Assembly: GCA_964016885.1 (NCBI GenBank)
Contig: OZ024742.1
Span: 346,394,001 to 346,458,000 of the forward strand
DNA: 64,000 nt
Source of the DNA: Eledone cirrhosa
Taxonomy: Eukaryota
Direction of reading: 5' to 3'
This document shows, in pieces, positions 1 through 13,768 of this stretch; positions within the stretch are counted from its first letter, which is position 1, and every line of letters begins with the position of its first letter. The notes below the pieces were generated by a model. The model had not been told where the DNA came from, ran no database searches, and worked only from the letters and a program-made list of their open reading frames with translations. The position numbers were made by a program, and so were the translations under genes.

Positions 1-73
<73 letters not shown>

Positions 74-372
74 AGTCTGTCTTTTTAGATAGATACATAG
101 CTATAACGTCGCGCCCTTATAATATCTGTCTGTATGTCTGGCTGTCTGCATTACGACATTATGACAAATATTGTTCTCATTGCTGACGTATTATCTTCGC
201 TATTTTCCGTTCATTGCCAGAGAACATCTTCACGAACCAAAGTATCGTCTTCCTGTTTTCCTTCGGTTGCAACGTTTTTCGAAATATTTACTTCACAGAT
301 TGATTCTTTTAGTTTCAGAAGATCTCGTTAAGGCTGAAAGCAGCGATTCTTTGCTTAAACTTTAATCTGTTA

Positions 373-478
<106 letters not shown>

Positions 479-788
479 GTTCAAGAGTAACCAATCTTAA
501 AGAGAGAGATTGAGATAGTAGAGGAGATATGAGAGGAAAGATTGGTGAGTTAGTTAGAAGCCAAAGCGTAAAGGCATGTGCTCAATGTGCAATATGCAGT
601 AGAAAGCAGCTAGGTGGCTGGGTTCATGCAGAGGTTAGGTGCGCAGAGCTGGAAATATTCATTAGTTAAGCAAAACAAGACCACAAATTTCACAAGGAAG
701 ACATTATTAAAAGATTGTCAACATATTTAGTTTAATGTAAGGAATGTAGAGAATAATAATAATAATAATATTAATAATAATAATGCCC

Positions 789-909
789 GTTTACAATTGT
801 TTCGCTACTCCGTATAATATTTCTTGATCAGATGACTATATATCATAATTGATCTGGTTCAGTTGAAAATAATTAACATATTTAAAAAAACAGAGTGGCT
901 CATCGGAAC
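789..909 (-). ncRNA. Type I hammerhead-like motif with long stem II and CCGATGA core
   Basis: Minus strand: GTT-CCGATGA-GCCACTCTGT...ACGGAGTAGC-GAAAC-AATT-GTA-AAC; mutated inverted copy at 3016-3136. Confidence 0.65.
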
Positions 910-1276
910 TCAAAGGAATATAAATTAAAATAATGTTACATAATATAATGTTCCATATATTAGTTTTTACTATGGTGCCTTTGTTTCATCAGCTGTCAGC
1001 CATAATCAAGCAGTACTCATCTGTCGAGGCTGCATTGTGTGAGATCTGCCTATGGGTAACAAGATGGCTGCCAAAGGGCATATTTACCTTACAAATTAGA
1101 GGGTGGTTTCAGGGGAAGTAACTTCTCGAGAGATTAGAGATTGTGTGTATTTTATAGTTATGTGCTAGTATTTAAATTATTTAATTGAGAGACAATGTAG
1201 GGGAGGTAACTTATAATTATCGAGTTGTTCATAGCAATTTAACTTATTAGCTACAATTAGAGATGGGGCTACATGA

Positions 1277-2875
1277 CTAAGTTGGGTCAAAAACTCTATT
1301 GGAGAAGGAATTAGCCCTTCGACGTTGACAGCTAATGGTTACTTCCGTTCTATCGTTAATTGGTAGAGGTCTTGATAGAGTTATGTAATATGCTTCCGTA
1401 ACACAGAGATCACAAGATTTCCTTCGTCCATTGAACGGTTGGGCCCTAGCTACGATATCCCATTTTAGTGAGTGTTGAACTTTGTTTAATTTAAGGTTTT
1501 TAATGAGCCTAGCTAGCGATGTCGAACATCTGTTGCTAGGGTCTCGGAAGGAAAAAGAGTGCGCGTTATAGCGTACCTTAAAAGGGTTAGAGGTAGACCC
1601 GATATAAGAGCTGGTATTCAAAGCAGTCTCAACTGTGCACCTATAGAATATGTTGGGTGTCAGGCAGTGTCCATTTAATGGGCATTCATTGGGGTACCGG
1701 CAGTTGCAGTTGCTTCTGCGGTTAGTGAGAGTAGGGTTATTTAACCTAAGCAGTTGGTCTGTGTTAGAAGGATTAGATGGGGAAGGTGTGCTACTAAAGT
1801 AATTATTGGTGTAGTGGTGTGGTGTATTTGATAGGGGTGGTGGTACCGCGGTGAGGGAGTTATAGTGTCTTAGCTTATGATGGTTACTGAACACGATGTG
1901 GCTAGCTAGGTTAGGTGTAGTGGAGAATGAGATTTTTATGTTGTTTTTATTAAAGAGTTTGTAATATCTATGGTTAGGAGGGAAGTGTTTGGATAGGATA
2001 GAGAAGAAGAGATTGGGGATATTAGTAGCTAGATTATATGAGAATGGTGGGTTAAGCCAGGTGATATTTCTAGGCCTATTCCTTCTAGGGGTTCTAGTGG
2101 AGTTGGTAGGGGCCTTCCTAGGGTTATTATTACCTGGGGGTTTGTTATTTGTCATCCCATTTCTCATTCCTATTCTAGGGTTGATTCTTAGTTTGCTACT
2201 AGGAGTGGGGAGCAGGCCGCTGCCATCATTAAAGTTCCCTGTATAGGTGCTGTTACTGCTAAAATTCCGGCGAATCTGGCTATATGCTAAGGTATTTCTA
2301 GTTCTAGTGTTAAGTTTATTATGGTGAGTTGCTGTGTTATGGCATTTTGGTATGTAATAAATTGATTGTTTATAACCAGATTCAGAGAGAGCCTTATTAT
2401 AATATTGTGCGTGGTTTATAAATATCTCTTCATTTGCTGATAGCATTGAGATCCTATAGGAGATAGATTTGATTACTGCTCTGATGACTGCCGGTGGGTG
2501 GTTAGAGTGTGGGGTAATATATGTGAGTATTTCGCCTGGTTTATGGTAAGAGTTATAAAGGTTATTGTTGAGATCAAGGGTGACGTCTAGGAAGTTTACT
2601 ACTTTATAATTCAGCTCGATGGTGATAGAGAGACCGTTATTTTTTAAGAATCTATGAAATTGTTTCTTAAGCAAATCGATTCCCCGATTAGTGCAATTGT
2701 GGACTGCAAATAGGGCGTCGTCCCTGTATATTCCACCTTGCATGGGTTGGATTTCGGCTCTGATGTTACGTAATAGGTAAATCCCAACTAAATCGGTGAC
2801 TTGCGCGGAGTCACTTGAGCCCATCGTAATGTCAAAGTTATCTGTTCTATCTTTTCTAGTCCAGAGTGCTCCGTT
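1277..2875 (-). pseudogene. PLE reverse transcriptase (C-terminal half) + GIY-YIG endonuclease
   Basis: FDITMGS..AQVTDLVG, GIYRDDAL, VNFLDVTLDL, SNHPP, NCNCR..CPLNG.CL, IFY..YIGST..FK.RY..H, CDLC. The first ~39 aa of the ORF-track protein are read from the inverted repeat and are not authentic. Confidence 0.9.
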
Positions 2876-4069
2876 GCAGATCTCACACAATGCAGCCTCG
2901 ACAGATGAGTACTGCTTGGTTATGGCTGACAGCTGATGAAACAAAGGCACCATAGTAAAAACTAATATATGGAACATTATATTATGTAACATTATTTTAA
3001 TTTTTATTCCTTTGAGTTCCGATGAGTCACTCTGTTTTTTTAAATATGTTAATTATTTTCAACTGAACCAGATCAATTATGATACATAGTCATCTGATCC
3101 AGAAATATTATACGGAGTAGCGAAAAAATTGTAAACGGGCATTATTATTATTAATATTATTATTATTATTATTCTCTACATTCCTTACATTAAACTAAAT
3201 ATGTTGACAATCTTTTAATAATGTCTTCCTTGTGAAATTTGTGGTCTTGTTTTGCTTAACTAATGAATATATATATATATATAATTATATATTCGTGTAC
3301 AGATGTTTTTGCATACACAAAAATAAAATATAAACAAACGTATTTATTTCACGAAAGCACAGATGGTTTATCGTCATTGTTACTGGCGATATGCCACCCA
3401 AAAAGTCCCACTACGTTTGGCACAAGGCCAGCAATTACATAGTCAACGGTTCGGAAATCACATGCATCACTGACGAGTTTACACGTTACTCTACCAGTTA
3501 GTCTTAGTATACCTCGCCCTGATTTTAGGTCATGCCTGTACTGTTTCAGAAAGGAGGGATAAACATGCCAATCTATGTTTAGAATCCTGAGCAACGCCGG
3601 GACATTCTGCTAGTTTTACTTAAAATAACATTTCTATAGTGAACTATAGTAAACCACCACCACCACCAGATGACGTCACATTGTATATGAGTGTGTATGT
3701 GTGTTTGCGAGTTCGTTACTACGTAAGTTGCATACACATTATCTTCACACACATCTACACATCTACACATACAGATACATATGTGATGACCAACAAGTGT
3801 GCGTGAATGTATGTCTGTGTGTGTCTGTCTGAGAGTGTATGTGTGCGTGAGTGTATGTGAGAGTGTATGTATGTGTGTGTGTGAGTGTATGTGTGAGTAT
3901 ATGTGTGAGTGTATGTGTGAGTGTATGTGTGATAATTTTTCATTTGCAAAAGAAAACAATAGAAAACAACACACCGATGTCACATTTTGTATATGAATAT
4001 GTATGTGTATGTGAGTGTGTGTGTGTGCGTTCATTAGGTACGTTATTAAATACACACACACACACACAC

Positions 4070-4386
4070 CTATACATGTCAGTAGCCCGACTCCCCCAAA
4101 CGTCTCGAACGCCACAGGCTGGATAATGTAGTTAGCTGACAGAATACGGTATTTTAGGATTTTGTTCCATTCAGCTGTGGATGCTGTAGCTCTCGCCTTT
4201 ACCTCTGCATCCAGGGTGTGGGAAGAAGCAAAAGAGTCACTAACTGTGACGTCCCAGGTAAGGCACCTGCCTCTTGACCAGGAGCACAAAGTAAGACCGT
4301 CAAGTCTTTTCCCATCAATTCAGGATAACCCAGACGGTTTCAAAATTGAGGTGATGTTTGGCCGGGACAAAGCCCTTGAGTGGTAA
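4070..4386 (-). mobile_element. CRE-clade non-LTR retrotransposon fragment (restriction-like endonuclease)
   Basis: DGKRLDGLTL..W.RGRCLTWDVTV..S..AE..K..KY..IQPVAFETFG. Confidence 0.8.
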
Positions 4387-4599
4387 TAGGATAGTGTGTG
4401 TATGTGACCGCGCGTGAGTTTTTCGGCGTTCTTAAATTAGAGGCACGTGTGTGTGTGTGTGTGTGTGTGTCACTGTTTTAAGTTAGACATATATATGTGT
4501 GTATCCCTTTCCTTCTTTTTACACACAGATACATTCACACAAACACATATACACATTGCGTGATGGACGAGTGGACCGAATTCGCTCAAATGTATATAC

Positions 4600-5238
4600 A
4601 TGTGAATGGAGTTCCACTGAAGCAGTAAGAGAAGTTCAAGTATCTTGGAGCTGTGTTCATGAGTGATGGAATGCAGGAGGCTGAATTAAGTGGAAGAATT
4701 GCAAAAGCTGATGCAGTAAAGCGCCAGCCTTACATCCAGTAATCAGAGGTAGGTGTAAAAGCTAAACTCGCTGTCTTCCTGGCATTCCTGCCAACTCTTG
4801 CCGAGGATCATGAATCTTGAGTAATGACCAAAAGAATACAATTGCAAATAAAAGTGTCAGAAATGGGATTCCTCCGAAGGGTCTTTGGAGTAGCGTTACT
4901 CGATAAAGTGCATAACTCAGAGACCAGAGAGTCACTCCTGGTAGAGTCGCTACTTCTCCGAATTACGAGATCACAACTCCGATATTATGAACATGTGGTT
5001 AGAATGTCTCAGTATAGAATTGCTGGACACATTTTACAGGCAAAACCAACCGGCAAGAGACCCAGAGGTAGACCCTGAGAAAGATAGTTGGATAACATCC
5101 ACGAGCTTAGCTGGTCACGCTTTGGGATCCAGCTGGATCAGTTAGAGATGTTTGCTACTGACAGACTCGCTGGAAGGAGTGTTTGAGAAGGACTCTGCCC
5201 CCACGACCCTCTCAGAAATAAGTGGGTGAAGAAGAAGA
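4600..5238 (+). mobile_element. RTE-clade LINE 3' fragment, degenerate
   Basis: KFKYLG, EMGFLRRVFGVALLDKVHN..RESL, QLRYYEHV.RM, GKRPRGRP, followed by a (GAA)n tail. Confidence 0.8.
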
Positions 5239-5345
5239 CATTGTCAATTTACTTTTCAATTTACATATATCTATATGCATATGAAAAAACAAGATGGCGT
5301 AGGACAGAACAAAGGAGAGGCACAAAACAAAGAAAAGAATCCCCA

Positions 5346-5388
5346 GTCACTGAAGAGGTCACAGAATGTGTGACGAAAGAACTTTGAC
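5346..5388 (+). ncRNA. Minimal type I hammerhead ribozyme motif
   Basis: GTCA-CTGAAGA-GGTCAC..GTGAC-GAAAG-AA-CTT-TGAC; downstream 5454-5540 is repeated at ~36770-36850, both ending in (TA)n. Confidence 0.7.
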
Positions 5389-5581
5389 AATATATGAACA
5401 ACCATCCGGTTGTGGAACCAACCAACCAATCGGAAATTTATAAAATTTATAAAATTTGTAAAATTTATAATAAATTGAAGTGAAACAACTGGTGCGTGTG
5501 ATTCTTATTGGCAACATGACCCTCCCAAAGTATAACAATATATATATATTTGTGTATAATACCAATATGCACACTACATAT

Positions 5582-5620
5582 GCTAGCAGAAAAAACGCAC
5601 GTGGGCGGTTTTTCTGCTAG
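5582..5620 (+). mobile_element. Isolated Helitron-type 3' end (hairpin + CTAG)
   Basis: Similar to the terminal hairpin at 46167-46204. Confidence 0.55.
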
Positions 5621-6124
5621 TTTTTTTTATAAAATATTTTTAAATAATTATGAGAAAAAAATATATCTTCATATTTATTGTTTACTAATCTGAATAAGAA
5701 CAGCAGTTGTGTGAGTGTGTGTGTGAATGAGAGAATGTGTGAGTGTAAGCGCGTGTGCATGACTGTGTACGTATACGGATGTGTGCGCACGTATAGATAT
5801 ACATGCGTGTGTATCTGTGTGCGTGTAAGTGCATATATATGTGTGAGTAAGAGTGTGAGTGTTTGTGTGTATGTGTGGCTGTGTGTGTGAGAGAGTGTAA
5901 GTGTTTGTGTGTATATATATATATATGTATGTGTGTATGTATATGTATGTGTGTGTGTGTCTGTGTATGTGTGCGTGTGTGTGTATATGTGTGTATATAA
6001 CTTATATCATACATATAAATATGTATGATATATTTATATACATACATATATATATGTGTGTGTATGATATATATATATATATATCATACATATATATATA
6101 TATAGGTATATGATATATATATAT

Positions 6125-6179
<55 letters not shown>

Positions 6180-6295
6180 TTATTAAACTTTAATCTGTTA
6201 TTTTAATAAATATTTGCTCTACGGTTCTTATATATTTGATATATATTTATCTTATCGAGCCCTCTTTGGATTTTAGTCTTCAAATTTATTATTAT

Positions 6296-6364
<69 letters not shown>

Positions 6365-7650
6365 ATATATATTATACATATATATATATATATGATATAT
6401 ATATGTATGATATATATATCATACATATATATATATGTATGATATATATCATACTTAAATGCTATATTGATCGTTAGTGGTTGTTTCTAATTAAACTTAG
6501 AAATTTTCACGAAGTCAGCCAGTGTAACTTGTGTCAGTAACAACAGAAAACAAAACCTGATATCAGATTTAATGAATGCCAAGATTGCTTTCTGTCATAA
6601 CACCTGCGTAAAGGTATTTAGCAGAGAATTATTGAAACACTCTAGGGATATGACAGCACAATCCTAACATGATCGCAACCATATTTAGTAAAGTAATTTC
6701 TGGAAGAATCGACTAAATTATTGTTTAGATATATATATATGTATGGATGTGTGTATGTGTATGTGTGTGTGGGGGGTGGGGGGTAACAAAGCAAACGACA
6801 CAGTACAATGAAGAAATATATTAATTTTACGTTTGATTAAGGTTTGCTACTTTCGGGACCCTCTTCGAGGTCTCGGGATATGCATTCATCGTGCGCCCAT
6901 CCCACGTCTCCCAGGACAGGTCGCAGGCCTATCGGTAGTTTTTGCAGCATGAGAACAGGCCCCTCTACCTAAAGCCTGAACGGGTCACTTGTTAACTCGC
7001 AAGAAGGACGATGTGGTATGGTTCTTTGTTGTTTTCCTCACCATATTTCAGTTTCAGTTTCTGAGGTCTTACTTATGCCAGTCAACAATCTGGTACTTTG
7101 TCAAACCCACGAAGACTAGACTTATTTAGGGGTGGCCTTTACTCGCCTTATTGTAGCTACGTCACTGGGTTGTGAGGGCTTTCTTGGGAGCCACAGGTGT
7201 CAACCAATGCTCCATCTCTCTTAGTAGTTTACTGCTGCTGATGCAGGGTTACTTATTCGTTACATTTATAAAGAAATATACAAGTAACGTTTTCGATTCA
7301 GAAACAAAAATATAAGTGTTTGAACTGTGAATATGTTGTGAATAAGTTGTAGAACACGTATTTATATGACTGATACATAAACTTTAACATATAAATACAG
7401 TGTTGTTATGTTATATTTCATTCATAAAGAAATATACTAAGTAACGGTTCTTTTTGTTCTCGATTCAAACGATTCAAAAACAACGTTTAAAACACAGTTG
7501 TAGAATTAAAAACTAACTGAAAAGAAATATTACCTAAGCTGTGAATAACTTTAAATTTGATTCTGACAGAACTTTGTCGTAACTTTTAAAGAAGATCATC
7601 GACTATTTTGAAAAATAAATACGAAATATTAGTGAATAGACGAACTCATC

Positions 7651-10600
7651 ATGGCAAAAAGTACAAGTCTCCTTCGACCAAATCGCAATTACAACCGTTG
7701 TACACAGTGGAGCTACGAGCTTAACAAAGAATTATATGAAGCATACAAACAATCTGAACCCCAAAAGTTCGGTTTTATGCAAAGGCTAAAAACTTTATGG
7801 AACTCCAAACACCCAGAATTAGACTTTTCTCCAAAGCATTTAAATGAACAAGCAAAACGTATCATTAGATGTAACATGATACATCTAACGGAATTGAGTG
7901 ATACTACAAATACAGCCCTTGTAGACAACCACTCCACCTCCACTGACAGACAAAGAGAATGACCAGCTAAATCTAACAGTGAACAGCTCACCAACAATTT
8001 TGCTGAAGTCCATCCCACTTCCACTGAAGAACAGCGAGAAAGGTCAGCTAACTCTAGTAGTAATTGTCATCACATCAACAACGAGGCTGAAATTCATGAC
8101 TCTACTGAACAAACAGAACACCAAAAACTTGTGGACACCTTACAAGTGATTTGGAACGATATGTTTCAAGAGATACACAGCCTTAATGTGAGTGACAGAC
8201 CATACAACACCAGAATCAATAAAGAACCCACTAAATTGGAATTGGAAGCGGTGAACGAAATAGCTAGCAATTATCTGAAGGCTATACGATCTAAAGGTGT
8301 AGAAATGACATTTGAAACACTTAATATTTTGTTATATGTTTCAGCTGTCACATTGCTATCATATAACACACATCTAAAACCACGCAATCAAGATACAAAC
8401 AGAAAGCCTGAACCAGCGTGGATGCAAAATTTAAAAACCAAAGTTTTGTCCCTGAGACGAAGTATTTCACACATCGCAGTCGTTATGAAATGCAACATAG
8501 AGAGCAACTTCACACGAGACCAGGAAGACCTAAAAGAAAAGTTAGAGAGACGATTTGGAGATACAAAATTAAAAACTTTGAACTCCAAATTACACCAGTT
8601 GAAACAACAACTCACAGCTACAACAGAAAGACTAAAATATAAGTCAACAGCTCATAAACGACAAGTGCTAAATAGATTGTTTGCCAGAGATCCTAAATCA
8701 GTTTATCGCAGCTTCGGTGGCAAAAGCTCAATCCCTGTAAATGACACCCCTTCAAAAGAACAGGTTGAGAGCTACTGGAGATCTGTATGGGAAACGGATG
8801 ACGGATTCAACAGACAAATTAATTGGCTAAAAGAACTGGAAAGGGACTACTGCCAACATGTCCAGACAAAACAATATGACATAGATGGGTCAATACTGGA
8901 AACAGCTCTACAGAAAATGTCGAATAGGAAATCGCCAGGCCCAGACCTCATTACAGGATACTGGTTGAAGAATTTCACTTTCTATCGGCAAGATCTCATA
9001 CGGCTGTTTACAGAAACCATTAAAGGCACACAAGAACTGCCCAGATGGTTATCAACTGCCACTACTCTCCTCATTCACCAAAATAGCCAAACCACCCTTG
9101 CTAAAAATTACCGCCCAATTGCCTGCCAAAACATCATGTATAAATGATATACTGGGTGCCTTAACCTGTTCTTACAGGATCACTGTGCTACCAACAACAT
9201 CATAACACCTGAGCAAGCTGGTGGAAAGAGGGAGGTGTGGGGTTGCATAGATCACCTACTAACTAATAAAATGATTCAGGAAAAAACAACAAAGAATCGC
9301 AGAAACATGACTGTGGTGTGGCTGGACTATCAAAAAGCATTTGATAGTGTACCTCATGGGTGGATTATTAAGGCTTTACAGTTAGCCAAAGTCCCACAAC
9401 CATTGGTAGCTGCTGTTGAACGCCTGACCAAGAACTGGTACACCAATTTGATCCTTAAAGGTGAGAAGGAGCAAGTTAAGACTGATAAGATACATTACCA
9501 GAAGGGCATCTTTCAGGGTGATAGTTTGTCAGTGCTACTCTTCGTTCTCTCACTGAATCCACTATCTTACCTACTCAGGAAACAAGGTGGACAAAGAAGT
9601 GGGTCCAGAAGTATCTCCCATCTTTTCTTTGTTGATGACCTGAAGTTGTATGGGCCAAATATCAATGACATCAAGAAACAATTGGACCTCATTACGCAAT
9701 TTTCAGCCGACATCAAAATGAAATTTGGTGAGTCCAAGTGTGCATATTTGGCAGTAAAACGTGGAAGAGCTGTGCCCTCCTCTAGAAATCTAGAGATGAA
9801 CGGCCTGACAATACAACCTCTACAGTCAGGTGACAACTACAGATATCTTGGACAGGATGAGAATGTCAGATATGATGGACCCATAAATAAGGAGAGAACC
9901 AGAACTGAATACCTCAGAAGAGTAAAGAAAATATGGTCATCAGAACTGTCAGCGTACAACAAATACATTGCCCACAATACTTATGCTGTGCCAATTCTAA
10001 CGCTAATATTTGGCCTGCTGAACTGGTCATTGCCAGAACTAAGTGAGATGGATGTTAGAACTCGCAAACTTCTCAGTGTTACTGGGAACTTTAACATCAA
10101 TGGTGATGTGGATAGGCTATACTTCTCACGCAAGGAAGGTGGCCGGGGTCTAAATTCAATATTAACAACATATGAGACCCGGATAGTAACACTGAAGCAA
10201 CACCTTCAGCAGAACAAAAAGGTTGGCAACCATCTTGCCCAGGTTTATTAGCATGAAAAAAAAATATCATTAGAATAGCGATTGATCTGGAGGAGAGATA
10301 TGGAATAAAGCCTGATATAAATCTCTCACCCAGAGAAATCGGAAGATCCTATTCAATGTTCAAACAAGATGAAAAAATTGACCAATTTACAGAAAAAGTT
10401 GTGCATGGATACTTGAGACGTAAAACACAGACCATAGAGGGGATAAACCACTCAAAAAGCCTGGCATGGAGTTCCGACAAGTTTATGACATCACACCTTG
10501 AGGGATATCTCTATGCAATACAGGAACAAGAATCCCTACCAAATATCTGCTGCACAAAAGAGAAGGGCCAGCAGTTGACAATAAATGTAGGCTATGTAAA

Positions 10601-11240
10601 ACAAAGATCGAGTATGTAAGCCACATTGTTGCCAGCCTGGAAAGAATGTCATCTCGCTACTACCTCCCCATGAGACACGATGGGATAGCTAGAACCATCT
10701 GGAACGCACTTCGGAAAACAAAATTAACAACAAACGAGGAAGAATATATTGAGACAGATGGCACTAAGGAATACTGGTGGAACCTGAAAATAAAAACTGC
10801 CACCAAATTAAAGCACAACCGGCCTGATATTGTTGTTTGGGACCACACATTGAAAACGTGTTCTGTTGTAGAGATCAGCTGCCCACTTGATGTAAACGTT
10901 GTCAGAAAAATACAGGAGAAGGAGGACTTCTACGGACCATTGATGAGGAGTTTACAAATCCAGTATCCAAGATACACCTTTAGCTTCATACCCATCATTA
11001 TTGGAGCTACGGGTTATATACCAACCCACTTGGACCAAAGTATGACTGAACTTGGATTTGCGGACAAAAAGCGCAGCTCCCTAATTCATAGTCTACAAAT
11101 GGCTGCGATAGCTGGCACCTTCAAAATTTGCAAAACATTCTTGCGATTCAAGGGATGACAATTTCTTTTCCTTTACAACCTTGCCACCAGGAAGGTGGCC
11201 GGTCAAAAAAAAATATACTCTAAATTAAGAGAAAGAGATA
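7651..11240 (+). mobile_element. R4/Dong/Rex6-like non-LTR retrotransposon, near full-length single ORF disrupted by stops and frameshifts
   Basis: KSPGPD, NYRPIAC, WLDYQKAFDSVPH, GIFQGDSLS, HLFFVDDLKLY, YRYLG, RKEGGRGL, CRLC..H zinc knuckle, HNRPDI..VEISCP..K REL domain; stops at 7960, 9145, 10249; followed by (CATA)n. Confidence 0.9.
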
Positions 11241-11265
11241 ACATATACATACATACATACATACA

Positions 11266-11297
<32 letters not shown>

Positions 11298-11339
11298 CAT
11301 ATAGAAGTAGTAACATACATACATACATACATACATACA

Positions 11340-11371
<32 letters not shown>

Positions 11372-11485
11372 CATATAGAAGTAGTAACACGACAGTTACT
11401 GAGAACAATTGTTTCACCTTATGTGGATCTTCAGTCCCATGGATTGAGTGCTCTACCACTACGGATATTACCTTCTAGTGTTCTA

Positions 11486-11551
<66 letters not shown>

Positions 11552-12913
11552 GTATAATAAACAATACAATTACCTCATTACCAGAGGTTTCCTGAATAAG
11601 ACGAATACGAAAAACGTCCTTATTCGTTCGTCGGACAAGGCAATTTAAAACATAGTGAAATATTTGAAAAGTCTCCTCAAGAAATGCAAGAGTTTAACGG
11701 GCAAAAAATATATAAATAAAAGTAATGCAAGAGATATATAAAAAAATAAGGAAATATAGTTAGGGTATGTGTATATGTATGTATATACACTTACAAATGT
11801 ACATATGTGTGTATGTACAAATGCATGTGTATGGTGAAAATGTGTGCGTAAGTACATATATGAGGGCAAGTATATTTGTGTATATGTGACCACAAATACG
11901 TATATAATATGAGTTGAAAAAGAAATTGTATGATAATATAATTAACACGCATCCAGATACAGGTATTAAATACACATACGAGTATGAAAGCACGCGTATA
12001 AACACACACACGCGCGGTCACTCATATGCGGAAGATATTCTCGATATATGTATAAAAATGAAACAATATATGAGAATGAAAAAATGTTTTAAATGAAAGA
12101 GAAAGTAATCAATTAACACTAGAGAAAAGAAAACAAACATTGGTACGCACGTACACACATATATATATATATATATATAAATATTTATACACACAAATAC
12201 GTACAGACAAAAGCACATGCATGCGTACATACATACACACGAGGCACGTATATATTTATATATATATATCACCACATGTATATCTACTCACACGTACGTA
12301 CGCGACTATATATATGTATACATATATACATACACACCCATACATACATATACATATACCCACATATACATACACATACACATACATTCACCCGCATACA
12401 CACACACGTATAAATAAGTATGTAAAAATATAGATATTAAAAAAACATAGATATAAAAAACACACATACACACACATATATATACGTACGCACGCACACA
12501 TACGGAGGCGTTCGTATACATATACAGAACGTATACAGACAAAAGCACACTCACACACATAGATACAGATTATAAACCAGCCGTATGAATAAATGAGTAC
12601 AAATATAAAATCGGCTGCGAAACAACAAAATATATCTGCAGGTAGTGAAAGAAAATGGGGAAGTAAAATGTGGAATGTGAAGACATTAGGTAAGTGAATC
12701 GAAAAGTAGGTGTGTGTGTGTGGGGGGGGTTACTGGTGGATGTGTTATATCTATGTTTTTTACATACTTATTTATACGTGTGTGTGTCTGCGGGTGAATG
12801 TATGTGTATGTGTATGTATATGTGTGTATATGTATATGTATGTATGGGTGTGTATGTATATATGTATATATATATATAGTCGCGTACGTACGTGTGATTA
12901 GATATACATGTGG

Positions 12914-12947
<34 letters not shown>

Positions 12948-13368
12948 GTGCCTCGTGTGTATGTATGTACGCATGCATGCGCTTTTGTCTGTACGTATTT
13001 GTGTGTATGAATATTTATATATATATATGTGTGTGTGTGTACGTGCGTACCTATGTTTGTTTTCTTTTCTCTAGTGTTAATTGATTACTTTCTCTTTGAT
13101 TTAAACATTTTTTCATTCTCATATATTGTTTCATTTTTATACATATATCGAGAATGACACTTCTTTTTACTATTACACTCCCTTCCCACTTTATCTTCCG
13201 CATATAAGTGACCACGCATGTGTGTGTGTTTATACGCGTGCTTTCATACTCGTATGTGTATTTAATACCTGTATCTGGATGCGTGTTAACTATATTATCT
13301 TACAATTTCTTTTTCAACTCATATTATATACGTATTTGTGGTCACATATACTCAAATATACTTGCCCT

Positions 13369-13735
13369 TGTAGCGGTTGTCTCCCTTGTTTTGATTGGGA
13401 TCTAGGCGGGAGGTGGAACCCTTTCTGCAACTTCCGGTCAGAGCCCTATAAAACTAACAACTTAAAGCTTTCTAACTCTCTTTGCCTTTTCGGCACCAGG
13501 TCAAGAGCCTCTCATTTGGCTCTGCCATTAATTTGGCCAACAGGCGCCTGGCCTTAGCCAGGCGTCCTCTGCCAGCCGCGTTTGCCTGGCAATCAAAACG
13601 GTAACTACTAACTTTGTTTCATTCTAACATCTATCTTTGACATGTCAAGTATACTATCTACCATTGTTAATTAAATATTATACACCAAACCATGTATTCC
13701 TTGTTACATTCATACAACCCAGTATCCTCGCTATA
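13369..13735 (+). repeat. 5' LTR
   Basis: TGTAGCGG...CGCTATA, direct repeat of 15117-15483. Confidence 0.92.
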
Positions 13736-13736
13736 T

Positions 13737-13768
13737 TGGTAACCCTGACGTGATACGAACACGCAGCC
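13737..13768 (+). other. Primer-binding site complementary to the tRNA-Trp 3' end
   Basis: TGGTAACCCTGACGTGATACGAACACGCAGCC versus the expected TGGTGACCCCGACGTGATTTGAACACGCAACC. Confidence 0.85.

Noticed and set aside
1277-2875. Selenoprotein-type Naiad
   Set aside because: The Cys motifs use Cys codons and there is no in-frame TGA
7960-9147. In-frame TGA codons in the R4 ORF as selenocysteine or readthrough
   Set aside because: They fall at non-Cys positions (MYK*YTG, RE*PA), and the ORF also has a TAG and frameshifts, so this is ordinary decay
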